A DNA stretch of 64,000 nucleotides from Oikopleura dioica (Eukaryota; Animalia; Chordata), in the NCBI GenBank assembly GCA_907165135.1, contig OU015566.1, positions 7,440,001-7,504,000 of the forward strand. The letters run 5' to 3'. Both the position numbers and the translations under genes were made by a program. This document shows, in pieces, positions 38,701 through 49,996 of the stretch. The notes below the pieces were generated by a model, which had not been told where the DNA came from, ran no database searches, and was given only the letters and a program-made list of their open reading frames with translations. The first letter of the stretch is position 1, and the number at the start of each line of letters is the position of its first letter.

Positions 38701-40152
38701 TAGATATGTTGACGAAGAAGGTAACGACTACCAGCCGCCGTATTTTCCGCCCCAAGATGGAAATGGCAATCAGTTTCAGTTCCAGCAGCAGTTTGCTGAC
38801 GGCCAACAGTATCAACATGCTATTATGATCGGAGAAGATGGCCAACAAATCCTTACTGTAAGTTCCCCTCCTCCCGACTTTGTCTAATCCTCTTCCAGGA
38901 AGAAGGAGGCACTAGAATCATCGTCGGAAACAACGACAACTACATCGTCACCCAAGACGGTCTTCTCCAAACTGTCGACGGTCAACAAGTTATCATGATG
39001 AGCGAATCCATGGAAGGCAGCGACGTCGTCAACGGAGAAGAGCAGCAACAGCAAATGCAAAACGGAACCATCCAACAAGTCGATGGCTCTGTCATCAGAC
39101 GCATTCCTTCTGGCGCCATTGTTATCAAAGGCCAACGCGATGGAAAGGTACTTTTGACTTTCAAAAAAACAGCGATAAAACGTGTTCTTTCAGCCTGATT
39201 CTCGAGGATCTTCCGATGTCAACGATCCATCAGGAGTATTTTGCCATGTTCCAGGCCGTCTCTCGCTGCTTTCCTCCACTTCAAAGTACAAAGTCACACT
39301 TGCCGAAATTCAGCGGCGCTTGTCACCTCCAGAGTGCCTCAACGCCTCTCTCCTCGGCGGCGTTCTCCGACGTGCCAAGTCCAAGGATGGCGGAAAACGA
39401 CTTCGAGAGCGACTTGACAAGATCGGTCTTTCGCTCCCAGCTGGCCGAAGAAAAGCTGCAAACGTCACACTTTTGGTGAGCTAAACTTAGACCAAATTGA
39501 ACAAGAGTCTAATCGATCGATTTTAGACTTCCTTGGTGGAAGGAGAAGCTGTTCATCTTGCTAGAGATTTCGGCTACGTCTGCGAGACAGAATTTCCAGC
39601 GAAACAATTGGCAGAATACGTTTGCCGACAACACAACGATCCCGAGATTGTTCACACGAGAAAAAATATGTGCCTCGCTACCAAGTAAGTTCTGCAAACA
39701 ACGAGGAGTATCACCTCCTTCTTCCATCCTCTCAAACACTTCTCTAACCCACTCCTCTAGAAATATCGTAAAAGAGCTGCAAGATCTGCTGACACAAGAC
39801 CGCTCACCAATCGGCAACACAAAACCAACCCCTGTACTGGACCAGTGCATCCAAAAACCGCTTTCGCAATTCAGGTAAAAATCAACTCCTTTTCGACCTT
39901 GACTTACTTCGAATTGTAGCGCGATCACTCACGGATTCGGAACACCTGGAATCTGCGCCGCGCTGACCGCACTTCAGCATTATTTGACAGAAATGCTGCG
40001 GCAACACGACAAGCCCATGTCCCTTTCGTACAGCCACGATAAGCCCCAGTCTCTTTCTTATAATAAGGTTAGTTTCTCAACCCCACAACATCACTCTAAC
40101 CCTTTTTTAGCAAAAAGACATGTCCAGCATCGTCAAGCACGACAAAATGTGA
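35794..40152 (+). CDS. TFAP2: AP-2 family transcription factor
   Basis: [63 protein letters not shown]|[28 protein letters not shown] motif DYQPPYFPP in exon 38704. The 5' exons 35794-36041 and about 36680-36846 splice in frame to 38704. Confidence 0.95.
37098..37169. repeat. Imperfect ~27-bp inverted repeat in a TFAP2 intron
   Basis: ATCCGGTAGTCGTACAGGGACGAGAAG versus CTACTTTCGTCCCTGTGCGATGACCGGAT. Confidence 0.55.
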
Positions 40153-40673
40153 AGCGACCATCTTCCGAAAAAGTTCAGTCCAAAAATCCGAAATAACAAA
40201 AAAAACAAACACTTTTACTTAGATAAAAATTCACCATAAATAACTGAAAATTTCTTTCATTCACGACTTCTGCCTTATTTTCACTGTGACAAGGCTTCGA
40301 TGAAAATCGTCGACCTTCAAAAAATAACCTGCCGATATAAAAAAAAAAGAATTATTTGATAATAATTGTAAATAAAACACCTAACAAAATTCTACGTTGT
40401 TATATTTTGACTCGACGAAACGTGTTTGTTTGCTGATATTTTCACGGCAAATATCATAGAGTACTCCACGAGGAGATTCTCTTGAAGAATTTCAAGAAGA
40501 AAAATGGGAATGCAACAAAAAAGGAAAGGCTATTCAGAATAGGAGATCGTAACATCCTACGATTGATCAACGTTTCTTTTTATGTACAAAGATGGATAGA
40601 GACAGAATAGAATATTATTTTTATACTCTGTTCAAGCGTTCTCTAAAATTATCATTATGCGGAAAACGAAAAT

Positions 40674-41603
40674 ATGAATTTTTTTGCACTTTTACTAGCG
40701 ACTCTTTCTTCGGCGCAAACCGACTCCAACAACTATCACCACGAGACTAACGGCCTTGATGGGTATTTCTGCGACCCGTATGGTGATTGTCTACTCTGCG
40801 CTTTTGACAGTGATGGCAAGTTCTACGTTGATACTATCATCGATAACAAACGACCCTGGGTTGATGGACCTGACGACGACGATGAAAAACGAAAGATGAC
40901 CCTCATCTCCAAAACCAAACACGATCAGCACGTTCCAGAAACTGCCTTCAAGCAATTCCATAAGAGCACATGCGTCGGCGAAGTGATCGGAAATGGGAGT
41001 AAGGTCCGATTCCGCAAGAATGTCAACGATCAAAATTGCAATGACGAGTTCGACTTCAGTCACATCGTCGACTTTGACATCGGTAAATTAAATCATATTC
41101 TTTCGAAAAATATTATTTCATATTATAGGATTCGATGATTCCTGGCTTGTTAACGAATTCGGCGATGAGCGCATCCTACGGGGCGGCGTTTCCAACCAAT
41201 TTCAATGCCGATTGAAAGCATCTGACCACGGCTCGGTCGATGCCAATCACTTTATCGAAGCTAAGCTCGAGGCTAGCGATGGTCTCCTTTTTATTTTCAG
41301 AGAATTCACTCGCCATAATCACCGCAAAATTGGCGAGCCACTTACACCTACTCGCAAGAATCTTCCAGGACAGAATGGACATCAAATGTCAATTCCGACT
41401 TCGAGGTGGCATACCAATCTTTGCCAACATCGTGGCTGTCGATTTCTAGGTCTTTGGAATGACCCACGATTTTTTCTCCTGACAATTTTGCACTGTATTT
41501 TACTCGGAGAAAAAAATTCGGGTAATTCCAAGGTCTCGAAATCGACAGCGATGGTCAAGACATTGACTGGAAAGACCATTACCCTCGAAGTCGAAGCTTT
41601 TGA
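40674..41603 (+). CDS. Uncharacterised secreted Cys-containing protein whose 3' end runs into a ubiquitin fragment
   Basis: Signal peptide [15 protein letters not shown] phase-1 intron (about 41083-41128) joins to [12 protein letters not shown].., and this frame stays open into the ubiquitin sequence at 41554. Confidence 0.65.
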
Positions 41604-41823
41604 CACTATTGAAAATGTCAAAGCTAAGATCCAGGTAAGCCAGAAATCAACAATAATAATCATATTCTTTTAGGACAAGGAGGGAATTCCCTCAGACCAG
41701 CAGCGACTCATCTTTGCTGGTAAGCAGCTTGAAGATGGCCGAACCCTCTCCGACTACAACATCCAGAAGGAGTCTATCATCCGGACGACTTTAATACCAC
41801 CATTCGTGTGTTGTCCGCAATAG
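41551..41823 (+). pseudogene. Truncated ubiquitin (residues 5-65) with retained 39-nt intron and novel C-terminus ..PPFVCCPQ*
   Basis: [27 protein letters not shown]|[34 protein letters not shown] is 58/61 identical to ubiquitin. It lacks MQIF and TLHLVLRLRGG. Intron 41635-41673. Confidence 0.85.
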
Positions 41824-42132
41824 ATTCCTTAATAAAAATCGCTCCTACGTAATTGTAAATCGCTCCTATTGTAATTGAAAATGAAACCGCTTCGTCAAAG
41901 TTGAAATAATAAGTTTCGTAGTCAATCGATCTCAGTAGAATTCAGTTTATTCGGTTCCAATCTTCCAATCTTTACCAGATTTTTTGTCGAATTTATTTAC
42001 AAAGAAAGATTTATACGATTCCTAAGGTTAAAGGAGTACTTGAAGTAAATGATGAATATACATTCGAAATCAAAGGTTAAGAGATCGAGGGAATCAGCGA
42101 AGGAACGTAAATAGTAGATGTCAGCGATTGAG

Positions 42133-42777
42133 TTAGACAGATCGTGCAGGAAGAAAACGGCCCTTTTTATCTCTTCTTTTTCCGTTCAGTAGATTCTCAG
42201 CACGCTCCTTTTCGTATTCTTTGATCTCTTTCTCGCAGTCAGTCAAATTCTTGAGAGGCTCCCAAGTTGCCGCGTCAATGTTCCAATTCTTCCAAAGGAC
42301 TCTGTATTGAATCTTTCCCCAGACGTAACGTTTTCCGATAATTTTCTCGACGGTGTAGATCTCGTCTTCGTGAGATTCTTCATAAAACAGGAAGCCCTCT
42401 GGAATCTTTGCACTGCGTCTTCTTTTTACTTTCTCAGAGATTGTCTCGTGGACTTTCTTTTCCTCCGCCTTCTTCGGTGACTCCTGTTTGCTCGATTTTC
42501 GTTGCTTCCGTGGAGGTTCGACTGTATCTTCTTCGTCTGATGAAAGGACGATTACTTCCTCCGGGGCTGTCCGTTTTGTTTCGCTGACAAAACTTTGGAG
42601 GGGTAAGGTACGAGTAAGGGCTTCCTCGGGCTGTGTCTTCTTTCTTGGCATCATTTGAGGTTCCCGCGGTTCGGAAAGTGGGAACTTTTCTCGCAATTCT
42701 TCGCAGATCATCTGGTTCAACTCGTCAAATTGGGAGAAGATGGAATCCCTTCTTCGTCGTTTTTGAATGGGCTTCAT
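42133..42777 (-). CDS. Intronless chromodomain protein (C-terminal chromodomain, no chromoshadow)
   Basis: IYTVEKIIGKRYVWGKIQYRVLWKNWNIDAATWEPLKNLTDCEKEIKEY is a chromodomain signature. Confidence 0.9.
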   Translation of the reverse strand: MKPIQKRRRRDSIFSQFDELNQMICEELREKFPLSEPREPQMMPRKKTQPEEALTRTLPLQSFVSETKRTAPEEVIVLSSDEEDTVEPPRKQRKSSKQESPKKAEEKKVHETISEKVKRRRSAKIPEGFLFYEESHEDEIYTVEKIIGKRYVWGKIQYRVLWKNWNIDAATWEPLKNLTDCEKEIKEYEKERAENLLNGKRRDKKGRFLPARSV

Positions 42778-43198
42778 CTTTATCTCGGCTGGTTTGTGAA
42801 AGTCCTTGTTGGTTTTTATCGTAAAATTTGTTGTTTCTGAGCATTATTAACGACATCCTCATTTTATAGTCATAAAGTTGATCTCTAGCGCCGTGATGAT
42901 GAGACGCAGGTGCGTGCCCTGACCGAATTTCGCCGGCTGTAATAAAAATAAATAATTTTGCTTGTTATTATTTCATCAAATAAAAGGCAGCGGCAAGCAA
43001 TTTGGCAAATTTTGAAATGCCGATTCTAAGAACCCAAATTTACTGACATTTCAAATCTCACATTTGTCTTCCTGGGTGTTGATAAGTGGCGATCAATATT
43101 CAAAAAATATTTAATAATAAGTCAGGTTATATTCACGAAGTATTAGATTTATTAAAAAGGTTTCAGAACAAGCAATTATTTTCTAACACACTTTGACT

Positions 43199-44216
43199 TC
43201 ATTCTTTCTTCATCTGCTTATCCAGACTCAAACCGCCAGGTCCATACAAAATCCACTGCAGACAGACTCCAATAAGTGTTAAATTTGCAAAAAATTCGTA
43301 GGCCACATGCTCATAAGCAAATGGTTGGTCCCAGTAATCCCAGAAACGGTGATAGTAGAAATTGTCGAATAGAAGTGTTGCGACATATCCGCATGCAAAG
43401 AATCGTGTCTGATTTTTGATGAGATGGATTCACTAGTTTCTTCCTTTACCTTGAAGCCCAAAACGATCATAATAACGCAGGGCAAATTGACGACCCAGTC
43501 GAGGAGGAATCGCCAGTGAGAGAAGATGAAGTGAATCTTCGAAAAGAATAGAAATCCAAAAAGAAGACGCCCTAGAAGGATATTTCGTCTGAGAAAGTCT
43601 GGCTTTCCTACCAATCAAAGACATGTAGGATTGCTTCGTAAACTTCTGTCCTAACTGTGGTAGACCAGCGAAGAGGTTTTTCGATTCTTCACAAGCTTCA
43701 GCATAAACAAGGATGATTGCAGTAAGAAGCTTGGACATTTGCTGGCATTGCCACAAATTGAAGTTTACTCCTCCTGGGTAGCCCTTATTTTTTGAAATAA
43801 TTGTGGTCTCTGACGAGTTTTACCTTGAGAGCAAGAACGTTATAAAAGCTCATGAAGACCATGTACAAACAAAATCGCTGCTGGACTTTTTTGTCTAACA
43901 AATTCGTGACCATCAACAATCCAGGAAGCAATTTCTAATTTACAGCGTTAAATTTATCACTGATCAATCTACTCACGAAGCAGAGTGGCCAGATGAACAG
44001 ATTTGCCATGAGCCAGTCTTGCTCAAGTTCCTCGGTCATCCAAAGATTGGAGAAATAAGTCTTGTAAGTGGTAAACTCTCGAATATATCTCCACGAGTCT
44101 TCTAGCGTCGAAGCCATCAAACAAGCTCTTGCAGCGATGGGGAGGTACTTCCTCGATTTCGTCAAAAATCCTCCAGCTGCTTCATCAGCCTGGTCCAGAA
44201 AAGACTCGGCACTCAT
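43199..44216 (-). CDS. SURF4: Surfeit-4 / Erv29 ER cargo receptor homolog
   Basis: KYLPIAARACLMASTLEDSWR, YAEACEESKNLFAGLPQLG..KQSYMSLIG|RLLFG, MIVLGFK|TR, YEFFANLTLIG..GPGGLSLDKQMKKE*. Confidence 0.9.
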
Positions 44217-44353
44217 CTTTCACAATCTCTTTTTCCGGAAAAAGGGAAGAAAATAAGCTTAGTTATCAAACATAAAAACGGAGCACCGATGCCGGGAATT
44301 TATGCTCGCGGCAAAGTGCTCTGAAAATCTTTGACTTTCAGAAAATATCGAAT

Positions 44354-47300
44354 TTATTTGTTGGACAGTTGAGGATAGTGGGTTTTTGCTTGTGATGAGT
44401 AAATGCGATCCGGCTGTGGAGCTTGTCGCGGAAGGAATGGGAGCAGAATTGCTTGATCCGTTCGTGGGATTTGTGCCATCGCTCTAGCTTGAAAAGTGTT
44501 GATCATTAATTCTGAAGCGTTTTTCTGTACCTGTTTGACTTGAATATCGCGCAAGATATCATGATGCATTCCTGGATTAGAAGCATGAAAGAGGCAAGTT
44601 TGATTTGCTTCCATTTCCGGGAGCAGTTGATAGTATTGAATGTTGTTTATAAAAGTTTTATGCTCGAAGCATGATTCTTGAATTTCGACTTGTCTTTGAA
44701 CCAATTGCCGGACAATATCGTCGATTTTTTCATTCCCGATTTCGTTTATTTCATCTATTAGTCGCTCAACAAAATATCTGTATTTCAAGTTTAGAGAATA
44801 TTCAAGCATATAGCCACCTGTATATTTGATGATCAAGTTCAGTCATTTCCAAGATTTTTGCTTTCGAAACCGAAGAAATCGTTGCCCTAGTCAACTTATC
44901 ATCCGAACGAAACTGGTTTTGTTTTAGGCTAGTGATGTCCTCGAGGGTTAAATCAAATTTGACCATCATCACAGCAAGAGATTCCTCCAGCTTTTCCGTA
45001 ATTAGAATAAGGTCGAATTCGTGCGAAATAAAATGAATTAGGTCGGCCACATTCTCGAGCAAGATAAAATCATCGGTAAACATCCTCGCCTGGGGATTTT
45101 CGAAGGCAAATGATAGGTGATCATTCTCAGCGGCCATAAGTAGATCGAAGTTGTTGACAAAGTGGTTAAATGCCTCCTCGTTTGTTGAATCTCCGAAGCG
45201 ATCTTCTATTGTGGAGATGATTTTGTGCAGTTTGTTTTGGTGCCGATAGAAGTCCCAAGTTGACATTATCAGCTCATCTGGTGATCGAAGAATGCCGATT
45301 TTCTTCGTGTTTTTTCCAAGAATGGTATCTACGAAAAATCACAGTGAAAGTTATGGCTAGGCTTACCGCGGTGTTTTCTATTTTTCAGGCTCTTTTGAAA
45401 AATCTCCCCATACTTTCAGAACATATGCATCAAGACAAGCCTTGAAAAACTGCACTTGCAGAATTTTCGATATGAGTCATCTTACCCCCTTTTTTGGGGG
45501 ATTTTTAGCAAGAAAAAAGCACTAGTTTGATTAGAAGCGGCTTTTGAGTGCGTGCTAGATCGATTTTGATAATTTGATGCCTACCATGTGAAAGATAAGC
45601 GCAAGATGCATCGATACATATGAAATTTATTATTGCGGAGTACTTCCTTCATATGATTCTAGAGCTCCAAAGTTGACGCAAGCAGCCAGATACGAAAATC
45701 CAATATTATCAACTTCTGATATAAGCATGCTATGATGATGTTTTATAGCTCAAATTGAAGCTTATAAATTACTGAACAAAATGGAGTGGTATTTTTTGAC
45801 CAGCCGGTTGTGCTTCCGGTTCGTCGCGGTTCATACCCGGAAAAAGGTCAAAATGTAGAAATATGTATATCAAATGAATTAATTTTCAACAGCGAATCTT
45901 TTGAACATATTCAGAAGTTCAACCGCCCGGTTATTATTGCGGTTCATGGTGGTTCATGGTGGTTCAAGCGCAGAAATGAACAAAATAGCAGCAATATGTA
46001 TATCAAATTGAAACATAAATTAAGAACATTCATAAAATCATTTAATAAGCCCGAACCAACCGGTTGTTCTCCCGGTAAATGGCGGTTCCAAACGGTTCAA
46101 GCCGGTTCAAGCTAAAAACATGCTCAAAGTGGTTCAATATGGTTATCAAATGTATTCATTTACAATAGCAAAGCTTTCTAGCATATAATGAAATTCAACC
46201 GCCCGGTTATTCTTGCGGTTCATGGTGGTTAATCGTGGTTCAAGCCCAGACATGAACAAAATAGCATCAATGATCCTTCGGGTCGGCTTGGCCCCGTCTC
46301 AGACTGAATTGTATAAACGGGCCTGGCCTCCCCTTATTCTTGCCCGTTTAAAGAGACAAAATCGATTAAAACCGGGCGGTTTGCGCATATTCAGTGTTTT
46401 ACCACGCGTCCGGATCTCGTTAAAGTTTCAAAAGACGTGCTTTTTAAAAAACATTCATTTGATATACATATTGAACCACTTTGAGCATATATTCGGCTTT
46501 AACCGGCTTGAACCGTCAGAAACCTTCTTTTTCCACGAGAGTTACCGGTTGGTTTTGGCTAATTCAATGATTCGACGAATGTACTTAATACAAGATTCAA
46601 TTTGATATGCATATTGATGCTATTTTGTTCATGTCTGGGCTTGAACCACGATTAACCACCATGAACCGCAAGAATAACCGGGCGGTTGAATTTCATTATA
46701 TGCTAGAAAGCTTTGCTATTGTAAATGAATACATTTGATAACCATATTGAACCACTTTGAGCATGTTTTTAGCTTGAACCGGCTTGAACCGTTTGGAACC
46801 GCCATTTACCGGGAGAACAACCGGTTGGTTCGGGCTTATTAAATGATTTTATGAATGTTCTTAATTTATGTTTCAATTTGATATACATATTGCTGCTATT
46901 TTGTTCATTTCTGCGCTTGAACCACCATGAACCACCATGAACCGCAATAATAACCGGGCGGTTGAACTTCTGAATATGTTCAAAAGATTCGCTGTTGAAA
47001 ATTAATTCATTTGATATACATATTTCTACATTTTGACCTTTTTCCGGGTATGAACCGCGACGAACCGGAAGCACAACCGGCTGGTCAAAAATACCACTCC
47101 ATTTTGTTCAGTAATTTATAAGCTTCAATTTGAGCTATAAAACATCATCATAGCATGCTTATATCAGAAGTTGATAATATTGGATTTTCGTATCTGGCTG
47201 CTTGCGTCAACTTTGGAGCTCTAGAATCATATGAAGGAAGTACTCCGCAATAATAAATTTCATATGTATCGATGCATCTTGCGCTTATCTTTCACATGGT

Positions 47301-47880
47301 AGGCATCAAATTATCAAAATCGATCTAGCACGCACTCAAAAGCCGCTTCTAATCAAACTAGTGCTTTTTTTCTTGCTAAAAATCCCCCAAAAAAGGGGGT
47401 AAGATGACTCATATCGAAAATTCTGCAAGTGCAGTTTTTCAAGGCTTGTCTTGATGCATGTGTTCTGAAAGTATGGGGAGATTTTTCAAAAGAACCTTGA
47501 AAATCGAAAAACACCGCGGTAAGCCATAACTTATGGCTACTCAGCTGCTTACCTACAACAGTTTTGTTATAAACTCCCTTTTCAAACATCAGTTGAAAGT
47601 GATTTCTTCCCGTTTCTGATCCAAAATAGCAGCTTTCCAAGATAACATTTTCCCCCAAAGAGACTTCATCTTCGGCAAAAAACGCGTCCATCGAATACCT
47701 CAGCGCCATTTTTTGAAAGATCGGAATGACAGTCGATGTTCCAGCTCTTGAAATCGGCAAGAAGAAGAAATTCGATTTAGGCACTTTTATCGCGTCTCGG
47801 GGATTTATAAACAGTACGAAAATTATGTGAGTTGCCATGAATGCAAGAGCAGTGTAAAAAACATAACGAAATTTTCTCAT
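44354..47880 (-). CDS. Galactose-3-O-sulfotransferase-like type II membrane protein; intron 1 (47552-45329) contains the foldback element
   Basis: N-terminal TM segment, FFFLPISRAGTSTV (5'-PSB-like), NKTVV|DTILGKNTKKIGILRSPDELIMSTWDFY (3'-PB-like), FDLILITEKLEESL, LDHQIYR|YF. The phase-1 junction fits. Confidence 0.85.
45360..47530. mobile_element. Foldback / MULE-like non-autonomous element, 2.17 kb, ~880-bp inverted arms, 9-bp TSD
   Basis: 45391-46271 is the reverse complement of 46613-47493; in spot checks I found only 1 substitution and 2 homopolymer indels. Terminal GGCTTACCGCGGTGTTTT is inverted. Direct repeat TTATGGCTA at 45351-45359 and 47531-47539. Confidence 0.85.
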
Positions 47881-48167
47881 TTTCAGGGTTTATTTTGATT
47901 GCCACGGAGAAACAATTTTTGATGCGCTGAGGTGGCTCCCGGCCCTTTTCTGCAAAAACTTTAACATTGAGCTTCCTTATTTACTTTCTTATTGTTTATG
48001 TTTAATAAAAAATGTATCTAAATTTTACGATGCTGCCCTTTGGAAAACTGTAAGCAAAATGATGTAACCCGCCCCTGAGCAAACGTCGACAAAAACATAA
48101 TCTGTGAAAAACAAATTCCGTTTCTTTTTTCAAATCTTTCTCATTTTCCCGCTCACTCGAGAAAAAA

Positions 48168-49153
48168 ATGAAGATCTTCGCCTTTTTAGCTGGACTAGCG
48201 CTTGGTCAGGCGCCGATTCCAAATCGACCGGTTGGTTTCGTCTACAACCCGACTGGCAATCAGTTCGTAGAGAATCCAGTTGAAGTCCAAGTGTTCATCG
48301 ATCTTCAATGCCCAAGTAGGAAATTTGTCTTGATTAAAATGCTGAGTGTTGTTTTCAGATTGTCTCTCCGCCTGGCCTGGGTTGAAAGCAATGGGCGATC
48401 ATTACGGTCCTAATGTCAAGGAAGGTTTTGAAGACCCGCTTAAAGTATTTGCTTATTTTTCTTATGGCTTAGCTACTAATTCGAAAGTAAACTATCTTGT
48501 TTTTGTTATTTCAAGACACCTTGGCGATCTCTTCAAAGAATCACGGTTTTTGAACTTTCTTTGATCAAACAATTAATTTCAGCTTCGAAAATGAGGCTTT
48601 TTAAATTTGACATTCAAATCCCTCAAAGCTTTCAGTTGTTGCCTTTCCGCTTCCGTATCATCGGGCTGCTTTCAAGATGGCCTGGGGTCTTCAGAGTGTA
48701 AATAAGATGAATCCTCAGCTTGCTTACGATTACATGGACAACATTTTCGCAAACGTGAGAAGACAAAATGATTTATGATTTATTTTGATTTGATTTTTAG
48801 CAAGAAGACATTGCAAACTACGCATCAGGCACAAATGACAAGGATCTTGTCCAATACATCGCCAACAAGACTGTCGAAAAGCTCGACATTGATAAGAACG
48901 CCTTCCTTGCTAACATGGCTGACCCTGATCTGGACTTGGCGACCCGAGTCGACTGGAAATTTGCTTGCTCACTTGGTGTTTCTGGTTTGACTAATTTTCC
49001 TTCACAAGTACTCATTCTATTCCAGGAACTCCAATGCCATACATCAACCGAGTTTTCCTCGACCAAGGCGTTGCCGAATTCACTCTTGACGACTGGAAAA
49101 AAGTCCTCGATCCAATTGTCGGACAAAAATACTTTGAAAACGACACTCTTTAA
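48168..49153 (+). CDS. Secreted DsbA-like thioredoxin-fold protein (CPNC site)
   Basis: Signal peptide, then VEVQVFIDLQCP|NCLSAWP, FPLPYHRAAF, RVDWKFACSLGVS|GTPMPYINRV. Confidence 0.82.
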
Positions 49154-49235
49154 AAAATATTGAAGTTTATGAAAGCTCATGATTCGCTGTTAATAAAAAA
49201 TGAAGATTATTCAGTCATAAGGTCAGTGGGATATT

Positions 49236-49996
49236 TTATACAGCTTCTTCATCAGAGGTTTTCACAGCTTGCCACATTTCAATTTGATTGCCCTCGAGGA
49301 TCGCGCCCATTTGAGCCTGAGAACAGAGCGGGAGAAAGACGGTGAGCAAACAGCTCAGGCATGCTTTGTCAGCAGAGTCATGACCTCGCAGACGGTCAAA
49401 CTTGCGTCGGATCGTATACTTCAACGCTTGATGAGGGCGATAAAATGTTGGATTTACTTACTAGAGCGACGGTCCAAATTAGGGCAAGGACGATGAGAGT
49501 CAAGCCGAAAATAGCGAGGACGTAAACCATCGTGGGCAATTTTTTCCAGTCAACGTCCTTGAATATTTATGAAAACTTTGATTTTCCGGATTTCTAAGGT
49601 ACCTCTTCTCCAAAGGTCAAGATAGCTTTGATGGCTGGATCATCCATCCAGCCTGATTGGGAGGCTAACTTCCCAGCTTCATCCGGGTCTTCCGTGTAGA
49701 ATAAGGACAAAGCTTTAAAAATGAAGAAGACGACGACCAAAATGACGCCCATGATCAAATACTTGATCGGTGCTCCGAAGGCAAGTCGTTTTCCGATGAA
49801 GTATGTTGCAAGTGGTGAAGGAAACTATTTTCAAAGCTGTTATTTTGGCAATAATTCCTGAAAAAATTACAAAGAACCATTTGCACCACGCTTCCGATCG
49901 GCAAGCACACAGTTTTTCGGGATATCTACTGTCGTCGTTTACGAGATACTCTCTCTGAACGGAAGTATGCCGAGTTTTTTCAGGAGTTTCCGACAT
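49236..49996 (-). CDS. PLAC8-like Cys-rich membrane protein with hydrophobic insert
   Basis: YPEKLCACRSEAWCKWFF|FPSPLATYFIGKRL, two hydrophobic helices, then IRRKFDRLRGHDSADKACLSCLLTVFLPLCSQAQM. Confidence 0.55.

Noticed and set aside
41282-41300. Possible 19-nt intron, giving an alternative frame with RLRGG-IPIF
   Set aside because: It is too short for a credible intron, the read-through frame is open, and the ubiquitin-junction resemblance is probably chance.
45800-46271. AACCG/CGGTT subrepeats as a CRISPR-like array
   Set aside because: Spacing is irregular, there are no unique spacers or cas genes, and the context is eukaryotic.
45786-47074. Mirror-image ORFs 45786-46115 (+) and 46769-47074 (-) as genes or a transposase
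   Set aside because: They result from the palindrome. No DDE or other domain is visible, and a homopolymer indel differs between the copies.
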